64,000 nt of DNA from Gammaproteobacteria bacterium. GTDB taxonomy: Bacteria > Pseudomonadota > Gammaproteobacteria > Pseudomonadales > UBA5518. The first letter of the stretch is position 1. Each line of letters starts with the position of its first letter. The notes beneath the pieces were generated by a model. The model was not told the origin of the DNA. It ran no database searches and saw nothing but the letters and a program-made list of their open reading frames with translations. The translations under genes and the position numbers were made by a program. The stretch lies in NCBI GenBank assembly GCA_016718385.1, contig JADKDK010000009.1:44311-108310 (forward strand), written 5' to 3'. This document shows, in pieces, positions 19,641 to 28,829 of the stretch.

Positions 19641-22304
19641 TCAGATCGTGCTCTGGACGAACGCCGCGACGGCCGCCGGATCGATCAACGGACGCGGGTT
19701 GAACATCGAACTGGGGTCGCTCATCGTGCCGGCGACGATCTGTTCGAAGTTTTCCAGAATGCGCTCCTGCGTCACGATCTCCGACATGCGTGTCGGATGC
19801 CCGATCGCCTTCATCAGCGCCTCCACCGCGTCGGCCGCGGCATCGGCCGCCTCGGCCCCGCTCATGCCGGCCGTCTCCACGCCCATCGCGCGAGCCACCT
19901 CGGCCAGCCGGGCCGAGGCGTGCTCGCGGTTGAAGCGCATCGCCGCCGGCAGCGCTATCCCGCATCCGGTGCCGTGATGCACGCCGAGCAGCATGCCGAT
20001 CGTATGCGCGTAGCAGTGCGCCATGCCGAGCCCGGGTCCGAGCGCCAGACCGCCCAGCGTCGAGGCCACCAGCATGTCCTGGCGCGCGCACAGGTCGCTG
20101 CCGTCGGCCACCACGCGCGGCAGGCTGTCGCGGATCATGCGCACGGCCTGCAGGCCCAGCCCCACCGTGATCGGGTTGCCCGAGGGGTTGACCACGCTCT
20201 CGATCGCATGCGTCAGCGCGTCCATGCCGGTGCCGATCGTGATGTGTCTCGGCAGTCCGGTCACCAGGGTCGGATCGAGAATCGCGACGTTGGGGCACAG
20301 GTGCACGTCGTTGATGAAGAACTTGCGGTGCAGGCGGCCGTTGGTGATCACACCCGCCGTCGTGACCTCGCTGCCGGTGCCGTGCGTGGTGGGAATCGCG
20401 ACATGCGGCAGCTGCGGTCCGTCGAGCCGCATCAGGTTCATGTTCTGCAGCGCCGAGCCGCCATTGGTGAGTGCCACCAGCGTGAGCTTGGCACAGTCGA
20501 TCGAACTGCCCCCGCCGAGGCTGATCACGCTGTCGGCGCCGACCGAGCGGCAGTAATCGAGCGCGGCCTGCGCGCAATCGTAGGTGGGGTCGGGCACCAC
20601 GCCATCGAACACCCCGACACAACGGTCACCCGCGGCGAGCAGCGCACGATCCACGAGCCCCGCCGCGCGCACGCCCGCGTCGGTTATGATCACCGCGCGC
20701 CGCGCACCGAGCATGCGCAGCTCGTTGCCGAGTCCCGCGACAGTCTTCGCGCCGCAGACGATTCGCGTCGGCGCCTTGTGGACGAAGCTCTGGCCGGGCG
20801 GGTACGAGAACACCGCACCGAAAGTGCCGCGGTTCGCACTGCCCTCGTTGGAGGTATAGATCGATTTCGTCTGCGTGTAGCTCTTCAACCCTTCCTCGCC
20901 GAACTCGCGGCCGATGCCGCTGCTCTTGTAGCCGCCGAAGGGCACGAAGTCGGCGAGCATGGCGATATCGTTGATCGAGAGGATCCCGGTGCGGATCCGG
21001 TTCGCGACGCGCCGCGCACGCCGCGTGTCGGTGGAGAACACCGCTCCGGCGAGGCCGAAATCGCTGTCGTTGGCGATCGCCACCGCCTCGTCGTCGTCAT
21101 CGAACGGGATCACCGTCAGCACCGGCCCGAAGATCTCCTCGCGCGCTACCTGCATCCGGTTGTCCACGCCGCTCAGGATCGTAGGCGCGTAGAAGAAGCC
21201 GTCGTCGTACCCCGGCCCGCTCAGCCGATGGCCACCGCAGGCGATCCGGGCACCTTCGCTGCGCGCGATGTCGACATAGCGCTCTACGGTCTCGAGCTGC
21301 TTGCGGCTCGCGAGCGGACCCATCTTCGTGTCCGGTAGCAGCTGGTAACCGACCTTCAGCGCCTGGATCCGCGCCGTCAGGCGCTCCACGAACTCGTCGT
21401 GGATCCCGCGCGCGAGCAGCAGGCGCGAGCCGGAGATGCAAACCTGTCCCGCATTCTGGAAGTTGGCCGCGATCGCGCCATCGACTGCCAGGTCGAGATC
21501 GGCATCGTCGAGAATGATGTTCGCCGATTTTCCGCCGAGTTCGAGCGTGACCTGCTTGAGCCCCTGCGCAGCCATCGCCATCGTCTGCCTGCCCACCTCG
21601 CTGCTGCCGGTCAGAGAGATCTTGTCCACACCGGGATGCGAGCACAGCGCCTCGCCGACACTCCCGCCGGGCCCCGTGATCACGTTCAGCACGCCACGCG
21701 GAATTCCCGCCTGCTCCGCCAGTGCGGCGATCATCAGCGCCGAGATCGGCGTGGACGATGCCGGTTTGAGCACCAGCGTGTTGCCCATGACCAGCGCGTG
21801 AGCGATCTTCCACATCGCCATCGCGTACGGAACGTTCCACGGCGCGATCGCGGCGCAGACGCCGATCGGTTCGCGGCGGATCACGTTCTCGCCCCACGCG
21901 AAGACAGAACCCGAAAGCCCTACTTCCTCTTCCCACGGAAACCTGTTCGCGGCGTACCACGCGAGGTTGCGCATGGTGTTGCACGACACCCACAGGCCGC
22001 CGGCCGCCCACGCCAGCGGCGAGCCGTTGCTGCGACTGTCGGCAAACGCGATGCTGCCCGAGTTGGCCTCGACGAGATCGGCGAAGTGGAACATGACGTC
22101 GGCACGCTCACCCGGCGACAGATCGCTCCACACGCCCGAGTCGAAGGCCGCGCGCGCAGCGCGCACCGCGGCATCGACGTCGTCGCGGTCGCAGCACGGC
22201 ACTTGCGCGAAGACCTGCCCGTTGCCCGGATCGACGACCTGCATCGTCCTGCCGCCACGCGCATCGACGAGCTCGCCGCCGATCAACATCTTGTAAGTGT
22301 CCAC
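19641..22304 (-). CDS. Fusion protein: aldehyde dehydrogenase (N) + iron-containing alcohol dehydrogenase (C), 887 aa
   Basis: GTG 22304 is preceded by AAGGAGG-N5. ALDH motifs LELGGKSANI and FQNAGQVCISGSR. Fe-ADH motifs GGGSSIDCAK, GMDALTHAIES and HCYAHTIGMLLGVHHG. The ORF 19641..22406 is trimmed to the start shared with the paralogue. Confidence 0.85.
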   Translation of the reverse strand: MDTYKMLIGGELVDARGGRTMQVVDPGNGQVFAQVPCCDRDDVDAAVRAARAAFDSGVWSDLSPGERADVMFHFADLVEANSGSIAFADSRSNGSPLAWAAGGLWVSCNTMRNLAWYAANRFPWEEEVGLSGSVFAWGENVIRREPIGVCAAIAPWNVPYAMAMWKIAHALVMGNTLVLKPASSTPISALMIAALAEQAGIPRGVLNVITGPGGSVGEALCSHPGVDKISLTGSSEVGRQTMAMAAQGLKQVTLELGGKSANIILDDADLDLAVDGAIAANFQNAGQVCISGSRLLLARGIHDEFVERLTARIQALKVGYQLLPDTKMGPLASRKQLETVERYVDIARSEGARIACGGHRLSGPGYDDGFFYAPTILSGVDNRMQVAREEIFGPVLTVIPFDDDDEAVAIANDSDFGLAGAVFSTDTRRARRVANRIRTGILSINDIAMLADFVPFGGYKSSGIGREFGEEGLKSYTQTKSIYTSNEGSANRGTFGAVFSYPPGQSFVHKAPTRIVCGAKTVAGLGNELRMLGARRAVIITDAGVRAAGLVDRALLAAGDRCVGVFDGVVPDPTYDCAQAALDYCRSVGADSVISLGGGSSIDCAKLTLVALTNGGSALQNMNLMRLDGPQLPHVAIPTTHGTGSEVTTAGVITNGRLHRKFFINDVHLCPNVAILDPTLVTGLPRHITIGTGMDALTHAIESVVNPSGNPITVGLGLQAVRMIRDSLPRVVADGSDLCARQDMLVASTLGGLALGPGLGMAHCYAHTIGMLLGVHHGTGCGIALPAAMRFNREHASARLAEVARAMGVETAGMSGAEAADAAADAVEALMKAIGHPTRMSEIVTQERILENFEQIVAGTMSDPSSMFNPRPLIDPAAVAAFVQSTI

Positions 22305-22453
22305 GCTCACCTCCTTGCAGGGAGTTCTACTGCCCGAAATCCGCACCAGGCCGCTCGGTCGAGGGTCGAACATGCCCGGTCCGGGACCTGAACCGCCATC
22401 GAGCATCGCGTGCCGCTCCAGGCACGATTCGATCGAGTCGGACTACCCGCCGG

Positions 22454-22493
22454 CAGATTAAACTTAGTCGTAAGGATTATCCAGTGAACATTT
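22454..22493 (-). promoter_or_regulatory. Conserved AT-rich 40-nt element upstream of the ALDH::ADH gene (copy 1)
   Basis: cagattaaacttagtcgtaaggattatccagtgaacattt matches 35808..35847 at 35/40 positions, while the flanking intergenic DNA does not align. It lies 150-189 nt upstream of the start. Confidence 0.4.
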
Positions 22494-22595
22494 ATCGGGG
22501 TTCCGTCGGCAGTGATCTGCGACAACCGGTCGCGGCGCCGCGCGCGTCCGATCTGCATGGACGGCTACCAGGGAGATGCGCGGCGGCGATGCCGC

Positions 22596-23015
22596 CTAGC
22601 GCAGCAGGATCAGCTGCGCCCGCGCATCCGGTCCGGCCCAGACCAGCGCGTTCTGGCGGTATGAATCCGCGATGAGCATGGCCTCGGCCAGGCCCATGGC
22701 GGGTGCCAGCACGCTGTCCTCGCCGCACCATTGCCCGCCGGGATCCTCGCCGACGCCGGGAATGCAGGCATAACCTCGGGCAGCTATATCGCGCAACAGC
22801 GCGGCCTGCGCGGCCTGGTTCGCCGCCACCTCATGCCGTTCGCCGCGCGGATTCCACGCCGTCAGGAAGGCCGCGCAATCGCAGCCCGAGCGCTCGAACA
22901 GTGCCGCGAGCGCCGCGCTGCGCTCACCGATGCGCAACGTAAACGGCGGCGCCTCGAGCACGCGGTAGTGGCAGCGCAGGTAGGCCAGCAGGGTCGCTTC
23001 GTCGATCGTGCTCAT
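22596..23015 (-). CDS. DUF3293-like protein
   Basis: 139-aa ORF. The pattern YRV...F.LRIG...AAFLTAWNP ... QNALVW recalls the DUF3293 family. Recognition is by eye only. Confidence 0.5.
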   Translation of the reverse strand: MSTIDEATLLAYLRCHYRVLEAPPFTLRIGERSAALAALFERSGCDCAAFLTAWNPRGERHEVAANQAAQAALLRDIAARGYACIPGVGEDPGGQWCGEDSVLAPAMGLAEAMLIADSYRQNALVWAGPDARAQLILLR

Positions 23016-23029
23016 GGCTATCCCCGTGG

Positions 23030-23071
23030 ATCCGGCTTCAGCCGGACGACGATGTCCGGATAAATCCGGAC
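23030..23071 (-). terminator. Two small stem-loops (REP-like) immediately 3' of the meaB stop
   Basis: tccggc-ttca-gccgga (23030-23045) and gtccgga-taaa-tccggac (23054-23071). The second abuts the TAG at 23072-23074 and resembles the palindromes at 63293-63344. Confidence 0.4.
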
Positions 23072-24055
23072 CTACGAGATCCGCTCGAGCAGCAGGTCGG
23101 CCGCGGCGTGCGGATCGAGGCGGCAGGCTGCGACGTCGGCCAGCACGGCGGCCGCATCCGGGCGCGCGAGCGCGGACGCCAGGATCTTCTTCGCCGCCGC
23201 GTCGCGCAGCAGCTTCACGAACACCTCGTGCGCGCGGCGCGCGCGCTGTGCCGCGAAGGCGCCGCTGGCGCGCAGGAACTGCGCGTGCCGGTCGAGCACG
23301 TCGACGATCCCGGCGCCGCCCTCGCCACGCGCGGCAACGGCCTGCAGCACCGGCGGCTTCCAGGCGTCCGCGGCCACCGATTGCTCGCGCAGGTGCAGCG
23401 ACATCTCGAGCTGGCGCAGCGTCTGCAGCGCGCCGTCGCGATCGGCCTTGTTCAGCACGAACAGGTCTCCCGCCTCCATCAGGCCGGCCTTGATCGCCTG
23501 GATCTCGTCGCCCAGACCGGGTGCGGCGACGATGATCGTCGAATGCGCGAGCGCGACGATCTCGATCTCGTCCTGCCCCACGCCGACGGTCTCGACGAAG
23601 ATCACCTCGTAGCCCATCGCGTCCAGCACCAGCATCGCGTCGTAGCTGGCGCGTGCCAGTCCGCCCAGCTGCCCGCGCGTGCCCATCGAGCGGATGAACA
23701 CGCCCTCGTCCGCGGCGTGGCGCTGCATGCGCACGCGATCGCCGAGGATCGCACCGCCGGTGAAGGGACTCGAGGGATCGACCGCGACCACGCCGACGCG
23801 CCGCCCGCGCCGGCGCTGCTCGGTGATCAGCATGTCGACCAGCGTGGACTTGCCGACACCGCCCGGACCGGTGACGCCGACGAGATGCGCGCGCCCGGTG
23901 TGCGGGTAGACCTGCCCGAGCGCGACGCGTCCGCGCGGATCATCGTCCTCGAGCCAGCGGATCAGCCGCGCGCCGGCGGCCACCTGGCCGGCCAGCACGC
24001 CGGCGACCACGTCCACGCTCAACAAGCCCCTGCGGCGTCGCGCGTGGCGCGCCAC
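23072..24055 (-). CDS. meaB: Methylmalonyl-CoA-mutase-associated G3E GTPase (MeaB/ArgK family)
   Basis: P-loop GVTGPGGVGKST, then VETVGVGQ and the NKAD motif (VLNKADRD). The start is uncertain: GTG 24055, or TTG/GTG at 24016-24025 just after the upstream stop. Confidence 0.85.
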   Translation of the reverse strand: MARHARRRRGLLSVDVVAGVLAGQVAAGARLIRWLEDDDPRGRVALGQVYPHTGRAHLVGVTGPGGVGKSTLVDMLITEQRRRGRRVGVVAVDPSSPFTGGAILGDRVRMQRHAADEGVFIRSMGTRGQLGGLARASYDAMLVLDAMGYEVIFVETVGVGQDEIEIVALAHSTIIVAAPGLGDEIQAIKAGLMEAGDLFVLNKADRDGALQTLRQLEMSLHLREQSVAADAWKPPVLQAVAARGEGGAGIVDVLDRHAQFLRASGAFAAQRARRAHEVFVKLLRDAAAKKILASALARPDAAAVLADVAACRLDPHAAADLLLERIS

Positions 24056-24438
24056 TCGTTCAGGTACGCGACGATCTCGCCCGTATCGGCGCCCATCGTG
24101 AAGATGCGCGCCACGCCGGCCGCACGCAGCACCGCCTGGTCCTCCTCGGGAATCACGCCGCCCACGATGAGCAGCTTGTCGCCGCCGCCCTTCTGGCGCA
24201 GCAACTGCGCCAGCAGCGGTATGTTGCGCATATGCCCGGCCGAGAGCGAGGAGACGCCGACCACGTCGACGTCCTCCTGGATCGCGGTGTTGGCGACCAT
24301 CTCGGGCGTCTGTTTCAGACCGGTGAAGATCACCTCCATCCCGGCGTCGCGCAGCGCGTGCGCGATCACGGTGACGCCGACGGTATGGGTGTCGAGGCCG
24401 AGCTTGGCCAGCAGCACGCGGATGGGTGGCTGCGCCAT
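24019..24438 (-). CDS. Cobalamin-binding small subunit of a split acyl-CoA mutase
   Basis: ATG 24438 (MAQPPIRVLLAKLGLDTHTVG) carries the DxHxxG B12-binding motif, followed by GVSSLSAGH. It starts 3 nt after the large-subunit stop. Confidence 0.85.
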   Translation of the reverse strand: MAQPPIRVLLAKLGLDTHTVGVTVIAHALRDAGMEVIFTGLKQTPEMVANTAIQEDVDVVGVSSLSAGHMRNIPLLAQLLRQKGGGDKLLIVGGVIPEEDQAVLRAAGVARIFTMGADTGEIVAYLNEWRATRDAAGAC

Positions 24439-24440
24439 GC

Positions 24441-26204
24441 TCACACCCCCGCCGTCTGGCTGTCGGCGTGGTGCACTCCGAAGACCTCGCGCATCGCGTC
24501 GCACAGCTCGCCGTGCGTGGCGTACACCTTCACCGCCGCCAGGCAGGGCTCGACCAGGTTGGTGCCGGTGCGCGCAGCCTCGCGCACCTTCTCCAGCGCC
24601 ACCTGCACCGCGGCGTTGTCACGCCGCGCGCGCAGCGCCTTCAGCTTCTGCACCTGCTGCGACTCCATCTCGTCGTCGAGGCGCCAGATCTCCATCTCGC
24701 GTTTCGGCTCCGGCACCACCAGGTGATTCACGCCGACCAGCTTGCGCCGGCCCTGCTCCATCTCGCGCTGGCGCCGGTACTGCTCGTTGCCCAGCTCGCG
24801 CTGGAAATAACCCTGCTCGATGGCTTTCAGCGCACCGCCCATGTTCATGATCCGCTCGATCTCCGCGAACGATTCGTCCTCGATTCGTTTGGTCAGCGAC
24901 TCGACGTAATACGAGCCGGCCAGCGGATCGATGGTGTCGGCCACCCCGGTCTCGTGCGCGACCAGGTGCTGGATCGCGGCACCCACGCGGATCGCGTCCT
25001 CCGCGGGCAGCGCGTGCGCCTCGTCGTGCAGCGGCGTGGTCATGGTCTCGCCGGCACCGGCCAGCGCGCAGGCGGTCGCCATGATCGCGAGCCGCCCGAT
25101 GTTGTTCAGCGGCTGCTGCAGCGTGAGCGAACTGGTGCTCGGCGATGTCATCACGCGCAGCTTCATCGCCTCGGGGCGTGTCGCTCCGTAGCGCTCCTTC
25201 ATCAACCGCGCCCACACCTTGCGGAAGGCGCGCAGCTTGCAGATGCCCTCGAAGAAATCCATGTCGACGTTGATCACGAAATGGAAGTACGGCGCCACGG
25301 TGTCGATGTCGAAGCCGCGCGCGAGCATCGCGTCGATGTAGGCCATGGCGATCGTCACCGAGAACGCGAGCTCCTGCACCACGTTCGCGCGCGCCGGCTG
25401 CAACTGCGCAGCGATGATCGAGATCGGCTGCCAGTGCGGGTGGTGGCGCACGATGTACTCAGAAGCAGTCGGTGGCGATGCGCAGCCCGTGCCCGGGCGG
25501 GTAGATGTAGCGCCCGACGCAGGTGTACTCGATCAGGATGCCGTTGACGATGTGCAGCGCGAGCTGGCCCGGGTCGACGCCCTTCTTCTCCAGCGCGGCA
25601 ATGATCATCGCGAGGTTGACCGGCTGCGGCGCGTTGCACACGCTCATCAGGTACTTGAGCTTGTCGAAGGGCAGGTCGAAGGCTTCCTCCAGGTCCTCGA
25701 GGCTGTCGAGCGCCATGCCGGCGCGACCCACCTCGCCCGCCACCAGCGGGTTGTCGCTGTCGTAGCCATTGGTGGTGGGCAGGTCGTACTCGAGGATCAG
25801 CCCCTGCAGGCCCCGGGTCGAGCATGTAGCGCGCGCTTGGCCCACGCCATGCCCTTGCCGAAGCCGGTGACCTGCGCCATGGTCCACAGCCGCGAGCGGT
25901 TGCCGTTGGCATCCACGCCGCGCGTGAACGGGTACTCGCCGGGAAAGCCGGCATCCATTGCGTAATCGAAACCGCTGTCCGCGAGATCGAGCGGCGTGTA
26001 CAGCGGCTTTATCTCCCAGTCCATGGTCTGGGTGCGAAAGGATTCCTTGCGCTCGCCCTGGGCGCCGACGACGGGGCCCCGCGTCTCGGCCTGCCAGCGC
26101 GCCTCCTCGCGCCGCAATGCCTGGAGCCGCGCCGTTTCGGACTCGTGCGCGCCGGCGTCAGGCTCGACAGTTCCTGCTTGCCCGATTTCTTCGACCTTGC
26201 CCAT
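24441..26204 (-). pseudogene. Acyl-CoA mutase large (substrate-binding) subunit, MCM family; middle third is out of frame
   Basis: Three ORF pieces, 25797..26204, 25459..25887 and 24441..25451, tile the family order: GEYPFTRG..RLWTMAQVTGFG / GLILEYDLPTTNGYDSDNPLVAGEVG..YIYPPGHGLRIATDCF / EYIVRHHPHWQPISI...HDEAHALPA. The first and last pieces share a frame (span 1764 nt = 3n), so the two shifts compensate each other. Confidence 0.8.
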
Positions 26205-26308
26205 GCCAGCATCTCCCGACTTCGATCGGCGCCATCATAGGCACAACGCCCGGTTGCGCCAATCGGGGCTCGCGACGAGGCCTCGCCCGCCGCGAGCCCC
26301 TGCGCGAA

Positions 26309-28625
26309 TCAGAAGTTCTTGCGCACCTGCAGCGCGTAGGTGCGCGGCATGTTGATCGCCCCGAACTGGCCGCCCTGCAGCAGGTCGTTGTCCTGGCGCA
26401 GGATCAGCTTGCGCTCGTCGGTGAGGTTGTTGCCCTTCAGTGCCACCATCCAGCCGTTGTCCGCGTTGCTGAACGAGAGCCGCGCGTCCAGCAGCTCGAG
26501 GCTGTCGGCGCCGAACTCGTTGGAGATCACCGTGGTGGACTCGTCGCGGAAGGTGTAGCCGGTGTAGGCGTCCATGTCCCAACCGCCGCCGACTTCGTGC
26601 GTGTACTCGAGGTAGACCGTGCCGGAATAGTCCGGCGCGCGCTGCAGCGTCTCGCCACTCAGGTCCTGGCCATCCACGCAACCCGCCGCATCTGCCGCCC
26701 GCAGGAAGGGTCCGCAGGGCGCGTTCTCGAAGTCCTCGTACTCGGCGTTCAGCCAGGCGATGCTGCCGCCCAGCGTGAAGGTATCCGTCAGGCGCCACGC
26801 GCCGTCGAGCTCGACGCCCTTGGTCACGGCCTCGGCCGCGTTGGTGGTCACGATCACGCCCGTGGTGTCGGACCGCGCGACCTGCAGGTCGTCGAAGGTG
26901 GTGTGGAAGATCGCGAGGTTGAGTCGGCCGCGGCCGTCGGCGAGGTCCATCTTGGCGCCTGCCTCGAAGGAGATCGAGTCCTCCTCCTCGACCACCTTGT
27001 CCTGGATGATCAGCGTGTTGCCCGCGTTGTTGAAGCCGCCCGACTTGTAGCCGGTCGCGGCGGTCACGTACAGCATCGTGTCGTCGTTCATCTGGTACTG
27101 CAGCTTGGCCGACCACGTCGAGTAGTCGTCATCGCGCTGCAGCGGCTGGATGATCTGCTGGCCGTAGAAGATCGTGCCACCATCCTCGGTGTAGACGCCG
27201 CTGGGGTCGTCGAAGTCCCCGTCGAAGACCAGCTCCAGGCCCACGTAATCGGTGAAGTCCTTGTCTTCCTTGCCGACACGCAGACCGGCCGTGGCCGTCC
27301 ACTGCTCGTTGATGTTGTAGGTGCCCTCGAAGTAGCCGGAGTAGGACTCGACCTTCTCGATGTCGCCGTTGCGCGCCAGCAGGCCGATGCCCTGGGAAGG
27401 CACGTTGATGATCGCGCCGCCGCCGTCGTCCCACGGCGTCTGCACCATCTCCAGGTCGTCGTAGTAGACGCCCGCCACCCAGTGGAACCTGTCGTCCACC
27501 GGCGACTGCAGGCGCAGCTCCTGGCTCCAGAACTCGCCGGTGTCGCCTTTTTCGCCGCGCAGGCCGATGATGTTGATCGCGCCGCCGGAGAACTCCATCA
27601 CGCTCTGGGCTTCCCAGTCGGCGTAGCCGGTCTGCGCCGTCAGGGGTGTAACCGTTGAAATCCCAGGCCAGCACCAGCGAACCGAGGTCGGTCTTGTTCT
27701 GCTGGCGCGGATCGTCCGCCACGAAGCCGAAGTCGCCCGTGCCGTTCACTATCTGCGTGTCGTCGACCTTGAAATCCTCGCCCGCCGCCTCGTAGAGGTC
27801 GTTCATGATGTTCGCCACGCCGGGCACGAAGGGATCGGGGCCGCGGCCGACGAGCTGGATCGTGTGGCCTTCGGTGGAGTGGTCGATCTGCTCCCACTTC
27901 AGGTTGGCGCGGAAGCAGTCGTTGGGCTGCCACTGCAACTGCGCGCGATAGGCTTCGCTGTCGATGCCGCCGCCATCGGGTGCGATACCGTCATTGTCGA
28001 GGTAGCCGTCGCGCTCGGCCTTGTAGAGCGATAGGCGCCCGCTCAGGGTATCGACGATCGGGCCGGATACCGCCCCCTCGACCTGGTAGGCGTCGTAGTT
28101 GCCGGCTTCGCCACTCACGTAGCCGGACAGCTCCTCGCTCGGGCGCGCCGTGAGCATGTTGATGGCACCGGCAATCGTGTTGCGACCCCACAGCGTGCCC
28201 TGCGGGCCTCTCAGCACCTCGATGCGCTCCATGTCGTAGAAGGGATTCTGGGTGACGCCGCGTGGACGCGCGAAGGAGATGTTGTCGATGTACAGGCCTA
28301 CCGAGGGCTCGATCGACTCGATGCCCGGGCTGCCGAGGCCGCGCATCGCGATGTTCGCGGTGGCACCGCCATCCTCGATGAACAGGTTGGGCGTGCGCAC
28401 GGCCAGCCCGGCAAGTTCGGCAATGCCCTTTTTCTCGAGGGTGGCGGCCGTCTCGACCACCACCGAAATCGGCACGTTCTGCAGGCTTTGCTCGCGCTTC
28501 TGGGCCGTGACGACGATCTCCTCCAGGGCGAGGCGGTCGGACTGGGCGAGCGAATGATTCGCGCCTCCGGCCGCGGCGATGGCGAGCACCAGGGCGGACT
28601 GGATATGTATATGCTTGCGGTTCAT
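26309..28625 (-). pseudogene. TonB-dependent receptor, frame interrupted at a G4 run (27643-27646)
   Basis: ATG 28625 with signal peptide MNRKHIHIQSALVLAIAAAGGANHSLA and plug motif LEEIVVTAQKREQSLQNVPISV. The barrel continues in ORF 26309..27601 and ends ...YALQVRKNF. The span is 2317 nt (3n+1). Confidence 0.85.
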
Positions 28626-28829
28626 GCGAATCCCCTGTGCGATGTTAGATGTTATCTGGCATAAGCCGAGGGCGATGCTGCGCGCGCCGCGCGAGCCCGG
28701 CCTCATGCAAAAGGGTGAGGCAGTCGCACGCCGTGCAGGCGACAGTGAAATGGGTAGTGCAGTCGGCCGATCCCGGCGCGGCGCGCACCGTCACCGTGTG
28801 ATTACTTGTCGATACCGGGGGATGCAGTC

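Noticed and set aside
22454-22493. Sigma-54 promoter (TGG-N9-TTAC on the coding strand) within the conserved upstream element
   Set aside because: The spacing and the -12 element (TTACG instead of TTGC) do not fit the GG-N10-GC rule. No enhancer-binding-protein gene is nearby.
28626-28829. Cobalamin riboswitch in the leader of the TonB receptor/mutase operon
   Set aside because: There are only loose resemblances (CACTGT, GACTGCC) to the B12 box. The conserved GGGAA / GCCACTG / ACCTGCC core elements are not present in register.
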